Position numbers and translations under genes: made by a program. Below, piece after piece: positions 40,180-61,824 of a stretch of 64,000 bases of DNA. This DNA is from the human T2T-CHM13v2.0 reference genome, Homo sapiens: assembly GCF_009914755.1 (NCBI RefSeq), contig NC_060928.1, one strand, 5' to 3'. Position 1 is the stretch's first letter. Each line of letters begins with the position of its first letter. The notes under the pieces are model-generated. The model was not told the origin of the DNA, searched no databases, and was given only the letters and a program-made list of their open reading frames with translations.

Positions 40180-41481
40180 ATATCACTCTTATTTGAATAC
40201 TTTTATATTTGTTCCTATTCAACTTAGGACAGTATTATAATAGAACAGACTCCCAATGTTACCAATAAGCTAATAATGTTGCTATAGAAACTTATTCAAA
40301 TCATTTATACACATTTTCCACATAATACAAATTCTGTTTTAACATGACCACGTTGTACATTAACCCCACAAGTTATAGCTGGGAATTGATAATTAACCTC
40401 AATGCCACACAGAAAACCAGTGTATCCCAGTGAAAAAAAAAAAAAGCAGTGAACTACAAATCAAACAAAACAGTTTTACTTTGGTTCTACCAATGACACC
40501 CTATGATGGTGTCTTCATGATTAAAACTAAGGACTAAGTAGTTAAATGACTTCTTAAGTTCCACTCAATTAAAATGAAAAGAACTAATAAAGAGGAGAGA
40601 GGAGAGATAGTGCTTAGAAGAAAAGGGTTTCCAAGTTTCATTGGATATAGACATATTTCAGGAGTTTCCTAAAATATCCTTGTTGGGAGAAAGCCTGGTA
40701 ACCTAGAAAGCTGGCTTGAGAAATAGAAGACCTGATCTCTGCTCCCATCTCTACAACTTATTTGTCAGGGACTTTGAGAAAGAAATTGCTATCCATAGGC
40801 CAGCATTTGCTCATTTCCATAAATTAAGGCAATAGACTAAGTGATTTTTTTAAATCTCTGCCAATGCTTAATAAATAAATAAATAAATAAAAAGCTGTGG
40901 CGGTTCCTGAGTTCACTGTATATAATTACTATGCGTGCCTCACTCCCATCCTTACTCAACCTCCCACTCCACTTTCCATCCATCCTGGAAAAAAAAAAAA
41001 TCCAAAAATGTGTATGTCAAATGGCCTTAATCCAGTTGGGCTAAGAGTACTTGCAATGTAAATGAGAGAATTCAATATGCTAACATTTGTAGTGAGTGAC
41101 AACTTGTTTGACAATCAGATTACATGACAGACGAGACAAGAGAAGGCTGCCAACAGCATACTGGATGTGTGACTGGGGGTGTGGTGTGAGAAGTGACAGT
41201 GACATGAAAGAAATAAAGGCTTTTTTCAGAAAATGGATGATTCAACAGAGTATAAATGAAGCTGTTCTGGGGATGGCAGATAAGACTTTCTAGATAAGCT
41301 GCATGAACACCTACAAGGGACTGGCAATTAGAAAAGGTTTAAAACCAAAATTCAAAATAGGAAGAGAATAGAATTCAGGGGAGCTGAGCAGGGGTGTGTG
41401 CCAGAAGAGAGGAAATTTGGGGTGATTTCTAGAAATAGGGCTCTAGAAGAGAACCAGCACTCAGTTTAACCCAACAAAATC

Positions 41482-41990
41482 AAAAGATGCTTGCACATGC
41501 ATGTTTATAGCAGCACAATTCACAATTGCAAAAACATTGAACCAGCCTAAATGCCCATCAGTCAACGAGTGGATAAAGAAACTGTAGTGTACATATATAG
41601 ATATGATGGAATACTACTCAGACATAAAAAGGAATGAATTGATGGCATTTGCAGCAACCTGGATGGGATTGGAGACTATCATTCTAAGTGAAGTAACTCA
41701 GGAATGGAAAACCAAACATCGTATGTTCTCACTCATAGGTGGGAGCTAAGCTATGAAAATGCCAAGGTGTAAGAATAATACAATACACACTGGGGACTCA
41801 GGGGGAAAAGGTAGGAAGGAGGTGAGGGATAAAAGATTACAAACTGGGTTCAATATATACTGCTCGGGTGATGGGTGCACCAAAATCTCACAAATCACCA
41901 CTAAAGAACTTACTCATGTAACCAAATATCACCTGTTCCCCCAAAACCTAAGGAAACAAAAAATTAAATAAATAAATAAATAAATAAGAA
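41482..41990 (+). mobile_element. L1PB 3'-end fragment
   Basis: cacatgcatgtttatagcagcacaattcacaattgc...caccactaaagaacttactcatgtaacc, with a (TAAA)n tail. Confidence 0.88.
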
Positions 41991-42173
41991 ATTTTTAAAA
42001 ATACTCTTTCCTCATGGAGCATTTTAGAAAGGGAAAACAGAAAGTTTTTATGGGATAAATAAAGCAGGAAATGGGTTCCTGGGTAGGGTCAGGGAGGTTG
42101 CACTTTTTAAAAGATTAGTCAGGGAAGGCTTCAATGAGAAGTGGTATTTGAGTACAGACTAGAAGGAGATGAG

Positions 42174-42627
42174 TGCAAAGGTTCTCTACCACTTGTATGA
42201 GCCTGATGACTCTGAATACACACAAGACATCAGGCAAAGCAGATTCATTACTCACAGATAGGCAGCAAGAACAAACAAAAGCCTAAGATCCATGGCGAGC
42301 CAACCTCCCAAGGCTCAGGAAAGCTGCTCATGGTGGCTGGACTCTCACCTGTATGTGCCCTTTGCCAAACAGCAGCTAACAGACCCCCAAAGCATGCACC
42401 ATGCCCTGGGTTTTATACCCTGGACGCTACTTGGACCACTGAGTTCAAGCATTGTAAGACATTCTGTTCTAGGAGGAACAAGGATATATCCTGGGCTGTT
42501 CCAGAGAGTTCCTTCTTATCTCAGGACATTGCATTCTTGGTACATTCTACAGCTATTCTAAGTATTACAATTAGTAGTCTGAGAGAGACAGGTCAGTCCA
42601 AGCCAACCAGGGACATGTTCTACTGCA
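42174..42627 (-). mobile_element. ERVL-class solo LTR (family uncertain) inserted in an L2
   Basis: TG...CA termini, 5 bp TSD atgag/gtgag, reverse-strand TATA (ttttata at ~42411). L2 text resumes on both sides. Confidence 0.6.
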
Positions 42628-43094
42628 GTGAGGGGGTTATACAGGCTGACATTTGAGAACAGATGTTCAAAGCAGATCATGCCTCATATATACTAAGATC
42701 TGCAAAGAGGCCAGTGCAGCTGAAATGAAATGAGCAGGTAGGGAGAGATGTAGTTCAGAAAGAAGAACTAGTCTGTGGGCATGTTGGAAGGCCTCTGTGA
42801 ACTTTTTCTCAGAGGATCACAGGAAGATATGGGATGGCTTTGAGCAGAGAGACCTGACCTGACTATCATGAAAGTAATGGGGCTTTGGTCTCAGTCTGGT
42901 CATGTTGGTTGCATAAACTTATTTGTATGTTAAGAAGGGCAAATATACAACAGAATCAAGATCTCTAAATCAGTTTATTCTTTATTCAATAAACAAATAT
43001 TTAAGTGAACAAATGTAAGCCTAAATTCTAGAGATACGACAATGAATATAACACAAACGTGCCATAGGAACTTAAGATTTAGCAGGAGAGATAA

Positions 43095-43452
<358 letters not shown>

Positions 43453-44390
43453 ACTTTATTTCTTTATAAACCTAATTTGTTTGTAGGTCTCCACTCAATA
43501 GTAGAAAACAAAGTAGGTTACCTATTCACAGTAACTTATTCACATTTGCATTTAAAAGAAAACAAAACCCTCTTCCAATTTAGTTTAGTCTCTGGTTCTC
43601 CCAGAGGTTAGGGTATTCGCCTCTCAGAGTATGCAGGAAAGCGAATTTGACAAGAGAGAAGTGACTCTTCCCATGTGTTCCACCCACTTGGCTGTGCTTA
43701 TGAGCATCTCTCCTTCCAGCCTCTTTCAGCTGGAGTGTCTGGAGTGTCGGAGTGCAAGCTGTTCTCCCTGCACTGTCAAGAGCAAAGGTCTTCCCCACCA
43801 CTGAGGACTAAGCTTGGGCATGGCCCTTGCGGGAATTGCTGGTTTTCTGCATCTTTCCCAAGACCCCTAACTGGCCCCCAGCTTTGGGCTACCCACTGCC
43901 AGCGAGTTGGCCCTACGCTATCAGCCACATTCCACAAACCCCAGAGGGTCAGGCACACACATCCGCATCTTCCTCATGCCAATCATAGGCTTCAGAAAAT
44001 CAAGGAGGGTAAACTCCTACAACCACTTCCCATTGGAGAGAGGCACTCTGCAGGGCATCTCTCCACAGCCTCTCAGATGGAAAGCCAGGCACAAACGCAC
44101 TTTGTTTTTGTTATCTTCCAACCTCTCTGACTAGTCTTTATTTTCCCAACTAAAGGTGCAAACCCTGAGGTGGAGGCACGGAACAAGCTCTACACTCTGT
44201 TCTGCTACTCTCCTCTCCCTCCCCAACCCAAGGTCCTACCCCAGCTGATAAGGACTTCCAACCTCCTTCTGCATGATAAATGCCTTGACATAGCCTGTTT
44301 CCACTCAACAGTTTTGTCTCAAGATCCTTTACACTTGTAAAAAATGTGGGGAGTTCAAAGGGCTTTTGTGCAGATTACATATATTAATAT

Positions 44391-45097
44391 ATTTTTTATT
44401 ATACTTTAAGTTCTAGGGTACATGTTCACAACCTGCAGGTTTGTTACATATGTATGCATGTGCTATGTTGGTGTGCTGCACCCATTAACTCATCATTTAC
44501 ATTAGGTATATCTCCTAATGCTTTCCCTCCCCCCTCCCCCCACCCCACAACAGGCCCCAATGTGTGACTGTTCCCTTTCCTATGTCTAAGTGTTCTCATT
44601 GTTCAATTCCCACCTCTGAGTGAGAACATGCAGTGTTTGGTATTTTGTCCTTGTGATAGTTTGCTGAGAATTATGGTTTCCAGCTTCATCCATGTCCCTA
44701 CAAAGGACATGAACTCATCCTTTTTTATGGCTGAATAGTATTCCATGGTGTATATGTGCCTCATCTTCTTAATCCAGTCTATCATTGATGGACATTTGGG
44801 TTGGTTCCAAGTCTTTGCTATTGTGAATAGTGCTGCAATAAACATACGTGTGCATGTGCCTTTATAGCAGCATGATTTATAATCCTTTGGGTATATACCC
44901 AGTAATGGGATTGCTGGGTCAAATGGTATTTCTAGTTCTAGATCCTTGAGGAATTGCCACACTGTCTTCCACAATGATTGAACTAGTTTACAGTCCCACC
45001 AACAGTGTAAAAGTGTTCCTATTTCTCCACATCCTCTCCAGCACCTGTTGTTTCCTGACTTTTTAGTGATCACCATTCTAACTGGTGTAAGATGGTA
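44391..45097 (-). mobile_element. 5'-truncated L1PA (PA5/6-like)
   Basis: ORF2 C-terminus ([20 protein letters not shown]...HCMFSL) plus 3'UTR. Perfect TSD tacatatattaatat (44376-44390 / 45098-45112). Confidence 0.95.
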
Positions 45098-45441
45098 TAC
45101 ATATATTAATATTTGATGTGTTAGAAATCAAATCTGAGATAATTTTAAAATATTTATTTACACGTTAATTTAAAAATAATAAATTTATTACTAGTTAACA
45201 TAACTCAAATAACATTTTGGGAAAAATAACTCAACTTTTTTTCTTTTATTTTTTTCTTTCTTTTTTCTTTTCTTTTTGGAGACAGGATCTCCCTCTGTTA
45301 CCCAGGCTGGAGTGCAGTGGCACAATCTTGGCTCACTGGAACCTCCACCTCCCAGACTCAAGTGATCATTCCACCTCAGCCTCTCCAGTAGCTGAGACCA
45401 CGGGCGTGCACCAAGACACCTAGCTAATTTTTGTATCTTTT

Positions 45442-52285
<6,844 letters not shown>

Positions 52286-54747
52286 AATGTTTGTATTTTT
52301 TGTGGAAACAGAGTTTCACATTGTTGCCCAGGCTGGTTTTGAACTCCTGGGCTCAAGCAATCCACCCGTCTCAGCCTCCCAAAGTGCTAGAATTACAGGC
52401 ATGAGCCACCAAGCCCAGCCAACTCAATTTTTCAAAACAAAAAAATTAGTTTAAAAAAGTGGCATGGTTTTACATTTTTGCCAATTTATAATATCTAGCT
52501 TAATAGAAGACAGTTGTATTCTCATCTTGACTTCTGTATGCAATGTGATACAATATGCTGTTTGAAAGAAATCTGGTCACACAGATATGTAATTGGAAAA
52601 GGGAGAAATACTATCATAGCCTTTTTAGATTCTAGGGTGTATGCTTCTTTTACATTGAGCTAACATTGATAAGTGGTATTTTCTTAAAGTTTGTTGTAAG
52701 GTGGCATCTGAACAGCCATATTAACAAACTTTTTAAACTTTATGATGTTAAAATTTGTTGGACTTTCTTACATCTCAAATAGATCTTTTTACACATACAT
52801 AATTTTGTATCATGCATGGCTCATTTGAAAATATTGGTTCACTGAGTTATGTGGATCATTCAAATGCTGATGCATTTCACTATACCATATCAAAAACTCA
52901 CATTTGTTAATATATCATCAGCAAAGTCTTTATGTATTGGGACGCAGTGAAGTTCAAGGTAGTAGATACAAGTCTTCAAGGATAATTCTAATTTTCACTT
53001 GAAAACTCAAATTTACCATTGGAAACAAATACTGTCAGTTGTTTTCCCTGAAGTTATAAGCTCATGTAATTCATTTCCAAGACAAGATGTTTGCCAAATA
53101 TCCAAGTCTTAATAACAATTGCTTATTTGTCAATTGGTCACTCAAAAATTATATTTCATAAAAATAGTGTCTGGTCCAGCTCACAAGTCAAAAAAAAGTG
53201 CTTTTCCTTTGGACAGTCATGACATTTTTTAATAGCTTTATCAGGATAAAATTCACACAATTCACCCATTTGAATTGTACATTTCAATGATTTTTAGTAT
53301 ATTCACAGAGTTGTACATTGTACATCATAACCACAATCAATTTTAGAATGTTTCAATTACCAGCCAAAGAAACCAAATACGCTTCAGCCATCATCTTCCA
53401 ATTCCTCTATCCTCCCCAGTGATAGGCAACCACTAATCTACTTTCTGTCTCTATAGATTTATCTATTCTAGACTATCATATAAATAAAATCACGTGGTTT
53501 TTGTAACAGGCTTCTTTGACTTACCATAATGTTTTCAAGGTTCATCTAAGTTGTAACATATATCAGTACAGTACTTCATTCACTTTTATGGCCAACTTAA
53601 GATCTAGGTTATCTATATGATGAAATATTGTTTGGCCATAAGGCCTCAAACAGCTGATGCTGCTTCCATTTTGGGCTAAACAATGCTGCCAAGAACATTA
53701 CTGTACAAGTTTTTGCATGGAGATATATTTTAATTTTTCATGGGTATATAACTAAGATTGCCATTGCTAAATCATGTGATGACTCTATGTTCAATCATTT
53801 GAGGACCTGCCAGACTGTTTTCCAAGCAGCTGCACTATTTATCATTCACACCAATAGTGTGTAAGGGTTCCAGTTTCTCTTCATCCTCTCTAACCCTTGT
53901 CTTTATCTGTCTTTTTTTATATTAGCCATCCTAGTGGGTGTGAAGTTGTACCTCACAATGGTTCTATTTGCATTTCCCTGATGGTTAATAATGTTGAGTA
54001 TCTTTTTATGTGATTATTAGCCATTTGTATATCATCAGTGGAGAAATGTATTTTCTAATTATTTGCACATTTATAAATGTCAATCGAGTTATAAACTCAA
54101 TTTATCTCTGTATTATTCGATTGTAGGAGTTCTTTATATGTTCTAGATACAACTCTCATCAGATTTAAAATTTTCAAATGTTTTCTCCCATTCTGTGGGT
54201 TGTCTTTTTATTGATGTCATTCTTTGAAGCATAACATTTTTTAAATTTCATGATTTCTTGTTTATTTTTACTTTCATCCCTTGTGGTATTGGTGTCATAT
54301 CTAAAAAACCATTGCCTAAGGCAAGGTCCACAAGCATTACATCTATGTTTCCTTCTATAAGTTTTATAGTTTTAGCTCTTAATTTACGCCTTCAATTCAT
54401 TTTGTATTAATTGTTATATACATGGTGAGGTAGGTGTCCAAATTCATTCTTTTGCATGTGGCTATCCAGGTGTGCTAGCATTGGTTGCTGAGGAGACTAT
54501 TCTTTGTCCATTGAGTTGTCTTGGTACACTTTTTAAAAACCAGTTGACAACAGATGTATAGATTTATTTCTGGATTCTCAATTCTGTTCCATTGGCCTAT
54601 ATGTCTCTTTATGCCAGTGCCATACAGTTTTGATTACTGTAGCTTTGTGGTAAGTTTTGAAATAAGAGAAAAATGAGAGTCTCACTTTGTTCTTTTTGCA
54701 CACTTGTTCTGGCTATTCTATAATAGGTCCCTTGAATTTCCATGTGA

Positions 54748-55049
<302 letters not shown>

Positions 55050-55605
55050 TGTGAATTTTAATTTGTCAGTTTCTGAAAAAAAAAAAAAAAAAAAAAAAAA
55101 ACAGCTGTTATTCTAATAAGAATTGTCTTGAATCTGTAGATTAATTTTGGGAGTACTGCTACTGTGATGGTTAATTTTAGGTGTCGACTGAATTAAAAAA
55201 TACCTAGATAATTAGTAAAGCATTACTTCTCGATGTGTCTATAAGGTTGTTTCTAGGGGAGGTTGACATGTGAGTCAGTGGCCTGAGTGGGGAAGATCTA
55301 CCCTCAATGTGGGTGGGTGCCATCCAATACCTTGGGGCCCAACTAGAACAACAAAAAAAGAGGGGAAAGGATTTCTTCTCTCACCCTCCAGGACCTAGGC
55401 TACACTCTCCTCCTCTGCCCTTAGAAAGCAGAATTCCAGACTCTGCAACATTGGGACTCCAGGAGTTAACACCAGCAACTTTTCAAGTTTTCGGGCCTTT
55501 GGTCTCAGACTGAGAATTACACCAGCCTTCTGGTTTTGATCATTTTAGACTTGGACTGAACCATGTTACAGGCATCCCAGGGTTTTGAGCTTAAAGATGG
55601 CCTGT

Positions 55606-56177
55606 TGATATGGTTAGGCTTTGTGTACCCACCCAAATCTCATCTGGAATTATAATCCCCATAATCCCCATGTGTCAAGGGAGAGACCAGGTGGTGGTAA
55701 TTGGATCATGGGGCAGTTTTTCCCATGCTGTTTTCATGATAGTGAGTGAGTTCACATGAGATCTGATTGTTTTATAAGTTTTTGGCTGCATAGTATTCCA
55801 TGGTGTATATGTGCCATATTTTCTTAATCCAGTCTATCATTGTTGGACATTTGGGTTGGTTCCAAGTCTTTGTTATTGTGAATAGTGCCGCAATAAACAT
55901 ATGTGTGCAAACCTGCACGTTGTGCACATGTACCCTAAAACTTAAAGTATAATAAAATAAATAAATAAATAAGTTTTTGTTAGTTCCTCGTGTTCATTCT
56001 CCTTCCTGCTGCCTTGTGAAGAAGCTGCCTTGCTTTCCCTTTGCCTTCCACCGTGATTATAAGTTTCCTAAGGCCTTCCCAGCCATGTGGAACTGTGAAT
56101 CAATTAAACCTCTTTCCTTCATAAATTACCCAGTCTTGGGCAGTTCTTTATAGCAGTATGAAGAATGGACTAATACA
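55606..56177 (+). mobile_element. THE1D-like solo LTR
   Basis: TGATATGGTTAGGC...GGACTAATACA termini. Perfect TSD cctgt/cctgt. Confidence 0.92.
55785..55968 (+). mobile_element. 5'-inverted (twin-primed) mini L1PA
   Basis: An antisense L1 piece (55785-55909) is joined to a sense 3' end plus tail. TSD ataagtttttg (55774-55784 / 55969-55979). Confidence 0.9.
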
Positions 56178-56251
56178 CCTGTTGTGGAACTTCTCAGCCT
56201 CCATAATTGCTTGGGCCAATTCTAATAAATCCCCTTTCATCTATCTGTCTG

Positions 56252-56299
<48 letters not shown>

Positions 56300-58359
56300 C
56301 TATCTATCAATCCATCTACTGTTCCAGTTGGTTCTGTCTCCCTGGAGAACTCTAGTTAATATAACTACCTTAACAATATTAAGTCTTTCAATCCACAAGT
56401 ATGGCATATCTTTTTATTTAAGTCTTTCAACCCACAAGTATTGGATATCTTTTTATTTATCCAGGCCTTCTTTAATTAAAGCAAAATGTTTTTTAGTGCT
56501 CAGTGTACAACTCTTGCACTTCTCTCACCAAATTTATTCTTCAGCATTGCATTATTTTTGACGCCATTGTTAATGTGATTGCTTTCCTAATTTAATTTTC
56601 AGATCATTTATTGCAAGTGCATAGAAATATAATTATGTTTGTATATTGCTCATGCGTCCAGCAATGGGCTAGACTCATTTATTAGTTCTAATAGTTTTTT
56701 AGTGGATTCCTTAGGAATTTCTATATATAAAATTACATCATCTGCAAATAAAGATAGTTGTACTTCTTCCTTTCCAATATGGACACCTTTTATTTTGTTT
56801 ACTTCCCTAATTGCCCTTACTAAAGCTAACAGTATAATGTTGAGTAGAAGTGGCCAGAACAGCTTTCTCTTGTTTCACATATTAGAGGGAAAGCATTCAG
56901 TCTTACCCCATTAACAATTAACCACATTAGTTAGTTGTGGGTGTTTCATAGATGCCCTTTAGTAGGTTGCATAAATTTCTTTCTATTTCTTGTTTATTAA
57001 CTGTGTTTACTGTGAAGAAGTATAGAATGTTGTCAAATGCTTTTTCTGCTTATAATGGGGTGATCATATGGTTTTTGTTCTTTATTCTATTGATGAGGTG
57101 TGTTACATTAATTGATTTTCAGATGTCAAAACGGCTTGTATTCTTGGAATAAATCATACTTGGTTATGGAGTGTAATCCTTTTAATATACTGCTGGATTT
57201 GATTTGCTAGTGTTTTGTTGAGGAATTCTGTGTCTATATTCATAAAAGACATTGATCCGTAGTTTTCTTTTCTTGTAATGTATTTGCCTAGATTTGGTAT
57301 CAGGATAAAATTAGCCTCATAGAATGCATTGGGAAGTGTTCTCTCATCTTTTATTTATTGGAGGAGTTTGTGAATAATTGGTATTAATTACATAAATATT
57401 TGACAGCATTTACCAGTGAAGTCACCTGGTCCTGGGCTTTCCTTCATGGGAATGTTGGTATTACAATTTGAATCGCTTTACATGTTATAAGTCTATTCGG
57501 ATTTTTTGGTCTTTCTTGAATCAGTTCAGGTAGTTTGGGTCTTTCTAGACATTTTTCATTTTATCTAAGTTACCTAGTTTATTGCCATACAGTTGTTCAA
57601 CTACGGAACTTTTGTACATAGCAGAAGTGCTCTCTATATATTTCCCATTTCACCACACAGAATATTGAAAAATATGTGCGCTCAAGGATCAAAATTTAAT
57701 AAAATTAATTTTTTACTGCTTCAGCAAGGACATTCTGAAGCTATTTTTTTAAAAAAAACGTAATTCCTTGGTGATGAAGAATACAATGACTACGAGGGCA
57801 TTTGATGCCAGTATCCAGAGGTCCACAGAGTATACCTTCAGAAGTACTGGCTTATACTAAAGACTCTGTACTTCAAGTTTGGGCTATTTAAGTCATGCAT
57901 ATCCTTTTTCTCTTGTAAAGTTCTTGCAAATGAAAGCCTTGCTTACCAGACTATTGTTTCTGCAATGCTGTTTTAACAATTTTTTTAAAACTAGTTAAAA
58001 TGTTCAACTTAGCAATGTCTTCTTTGCTTTCAGTTATACCAGCTCGCACCTTGAAGCAATGGTATCTGAGCTTCAATAAATGGAGACCTGCAGGGCAAAA
58101 AATAACAATTTCAGGGAAGAAAAAATATTGTTTCAAATTTTCAAATTTTACTTCCTTTCACAGGCAGTCATATTATAGTTCTGCGGGTGCTTGGATGAAG
58201 AAAAGCACTGGTGTCTATGAAAGCGCAAAGAATAGGTGCCAAAAATCACTTCTGAGCAGAGGCAAGGCATGGAGGGTAAAGAAGAGCACGCCATAGAGAA
58301 AGGGCACATGCAAAAGATCCAAAGATCAGACAGCATTTGACCCAGTAGTTAAATGGAAG

Positions 58360-58402
<43 letters not shown>

Positions 58403-59024
58403 GCTGCAAGGCAAACTGAAAGGATATAGCTCTAGAAATAAAACTGTCAAGGTAAATAGGAATGGTATGATATCCACTCACATTGATGAGGGCAGGTCTT
58501 CTTTACTCAGTCCACTGATTCAAATGCTAATCTCTTCTAGAGACATGCTCACACTCTCAGAAATGTTTCACTAGCTATTTGGTAAAAATATTGTTTAAAA
58601 TCCTCACATTTTATTTCCTCTCATGGGCAATCATATTATCATTCTGTGGGTGCTCTGATGAAGAAAAGCACTAGTGTCTATGAAAGCACAAAGAATGGGT
58701 GCTGTTCATTGTTACATTAAGGACGTGTGACATACTCTTGAGAGCAATAGGAGAGACATGAAAAATCACTTTGGCTACAGTGTGCAAAATAGATTAGAAG
58801 AGCAAGATAGGAGGTCAGAAGAGCAGTTAGAAGATTGTTGAAATAATCCAAATGAGAGAAAATGGGGGCCGGAAAACACAGTGGCAAAGGGTGAAAAGGG
58901 CAGGTAGATTTTTAAAACAGAAACATAAAAACATCAAAACTGACAAAATTTTAAATGCAGAGAGTGAGAGAGAAGAAAATCAAGAATAATGCCTACGTTT
59001 CTGATGGATGGTGTGTCATCTTAA

Positions 59025-59371
<347 letters not shown>

Positions 59372-60402
59372 TTAGGTGAGAAGTTAATTAGCTGAGTTTG
59401 GCACAGGCAGTTTTGGGTGTTTATGAGATATGTGAGTCGAGATATATGGTGAATTATTTAACAGAAGTTTTCTGTACATTGCTGAGAATAGCCAAGTTAG
59501 TTTCTGCTCATTTTTATTTATACCATTTTGCAAGCTTGTGTGAGTATCTTCAACAGCGCTCAGTAGCTTGGGTGTAAGAGCTAGTATGGCTGATGACTTG
59601 GTGATGATGGAGCATGCTGGGATAATGACACTGGTTCCAGCAATTCTAATTTTCAAGTGGGGAAGAAGAGCTTGTGCCACAGAAGTCAGCAACTGTGGTC
59701 CCAAGAATAACAGTCTCCAGAAACATCCTTCAACTGTGCAATTAAAATTGAGGGTGGCCGATAAACAGGACCCAGAAGAGGAAAGCCCATGGAAGGAAAG
59801 AGACAGATCAGCAAAGTTGTATTGCTCTCACCAGGGCTTTTTCTCAAGGCAAAATTCCTGTTGTGACATAGACATCTTTATTCCATTTTTTTCTTTTTCT
59901 CACCTTTCCTTTCTTTTTTTTTAGTCAAGATTCTGAGAAGGAAAAAGCACTATATTTTAAGCTAGAAAAGACATGATACAGGAAATCAGGTGCTTACAGC
60001 CTTATTGGTAGGGATGATGCAGCAGGTCTTCTCAAATGATGCTCATGCAACACAGAAATGATTTTTGGGGGCAGATACCACCTCCGAGCCTGCCCTTGTA
60101 GCTATGCTGGAGCCACTCCAACACTCTCTGGACACCCAAGAAGATGGAGAATAGTCACCTGAAGATTCAATACAAGGAATAGGATGTCATATCAAGAAAT
60201 GACAATTGCCAGCATTGCATTTCAACACCCAGGAAGCTAGAGAAGGAATACTAGAACAACATTGTGGGGAAACCTAGTGTTTCCATAACATTGCTTGCCA
60301 AAATCATGAGCCAAGAACCACTGGAGAATGGCCCCCTGTTTACACCTACCTTCCAAATCTCATGTAAGTGCATTTATTTGGCAGAACCTAATATGCATTT
60401 AA

Positions 60403-60609
60403 TGGCTAACACGGTGAAAACCCGTCTCTACTAAAAATACAAAAAAAAAAAAAAAAAAAAATTAGCCGGGCGTGGTGGCGGGCACCTGGAGTCCCACCTA
60501 CTCGGGAGGCTGAGGCAGGAGAATGGCGTGAACACAGGAGGCGGAGCTTGCAGTGAGCCGAGATCACGCCACGGCACTCCAGCCTGGGCGACAGAGCAAG
60601 ACTCAGTCT

Positions 60610-60645
<36 letters not shown>

Positions 60646-60681
60646 TACACACGAGGGAGATAGGGATATTTAGGTGAGAAG
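60403..60681 (+). repeat. Duplicated 3' part of the upstream AluY plus its 3' flank
   Basis: Matches 59125-59384, including the non-Alu flank gggatatttaggtgagaag. 9 bp TSD tgcatttaa. Confidence 0.85.
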
Positions 60682-61824
60682 TGCATTTAAAACCTAGATG
60701 AAAGGGGGTCTTGGAAATGTAATTTTTGCCTTTTCAATCAATCACTCAACGGAGAGGAGGGCAGAGTAGAGTTTAGGTGAGTCAATTCAGAGAACCCACA
60801 TCCTGGGGATGCCAACAAAGAGGAAAATGTGTTTTTATTTTTTTTATTTTTTCAGAAATGATGTGTACCCTCCTCCTCGCCCTATTCAGTGGATCTATGC
60901 CAAGAAATGATTAGGAAGTTACATTTCTGGCCCTCAGATGAGAAGTTACTAAGCCTTTAGTTTCTCTTACTTAAATTTTTATTTGAGGTTTCACCTTTTC
61001 TCATACTTTCCTTGAGCCTTGTGTCACACCTGATGGACTTTTCCCAAGCCAAGATCACTTTCAAATCAGACATCCTATTGAGTGGCAGGTACTGTTCAAG
61101 GCACTAAACACACAAAAATGAAGAAAGGAATTGAAAAGCCTGGTCTTTAGGAACATTATATTATAATAGGAATGATAAACAACGAATAAAATGATTAAAT
61201 AAACTACAAGCTATTTTAGGAGGTGGCCAGAGCTGTATTTAGTCCAAGGCTATTTGTCCCCCACTACTGAGGCAAGATCCTTCTGAGTAATTTTATTAAT
61301 GCCCCATGTCTCATGAGGTTTTCCAGTCTGGCTGGTGAAAGCAGACACTATGCGCTGTTTCTCCAGTTCCTCTCGGTTATTTCCCCAGCCTTGGGTGGTC
61401 TCCTCACAAGCATGAGCCAAATGTACTCTGCTGAACACTTTGGGAAACTCTCCAGCGCCTTGGTCTCCCTTGACTCTCAACTTGGGAAGTCTACTAGCTC
61501 TCCTTGGGTTCCTCCTTCCTTTTGTCTCACATTCACAGGATAACTGTGTTGTATTTTATGATGTCCATTGTTTTGTAATGCACTATTTCATGTATTTTCT
61601 CTGCTTTGGGGGTTGTTTTAGGCAGGAGAGTAAATCTAGTCCCTTTTACTACATTATGGCTGAAAGCAAATGTTCTGATGACAGCCCCTATATGTCCCAG
61701 TTGGTATGTTTACTAATTTTATGAAATGGTAGGACAAGATACATGAATATTAAACTCTGACTCTATCACTAGAGAGCCACATTGATACTTAAATGTTGAT
61801 GACTATAAATTTTATGAGGGATGG

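Larger units (their letters stand above)
55163..56363 (+). mobile_element. MLT2B-like solo LTR containing a THE1D and a (TCTA)n
   Basis: TGTGATGGTTAATTTTAGGTGTC start and ...GAGAACTCTAGTTAATATA end. TSD gctac/actac. (TCTA)n at ~56240-56300. Confidence 0.87.

Noticed and set aside
43675-44130. 151 aa ORF in a GC-richer non-repeat patch
   Set aside because: Non-ATG start, no recognisable domain and no convincing splice structure. The patch could be regulatory, but I cannot support that from the sequence.
56378-56460. ~39 bp tandem duplication (aagtctttcaa.ccacaagta...tatctttttattta)
   Set aside because: An ordinary slippage duplication inside the L1MB.
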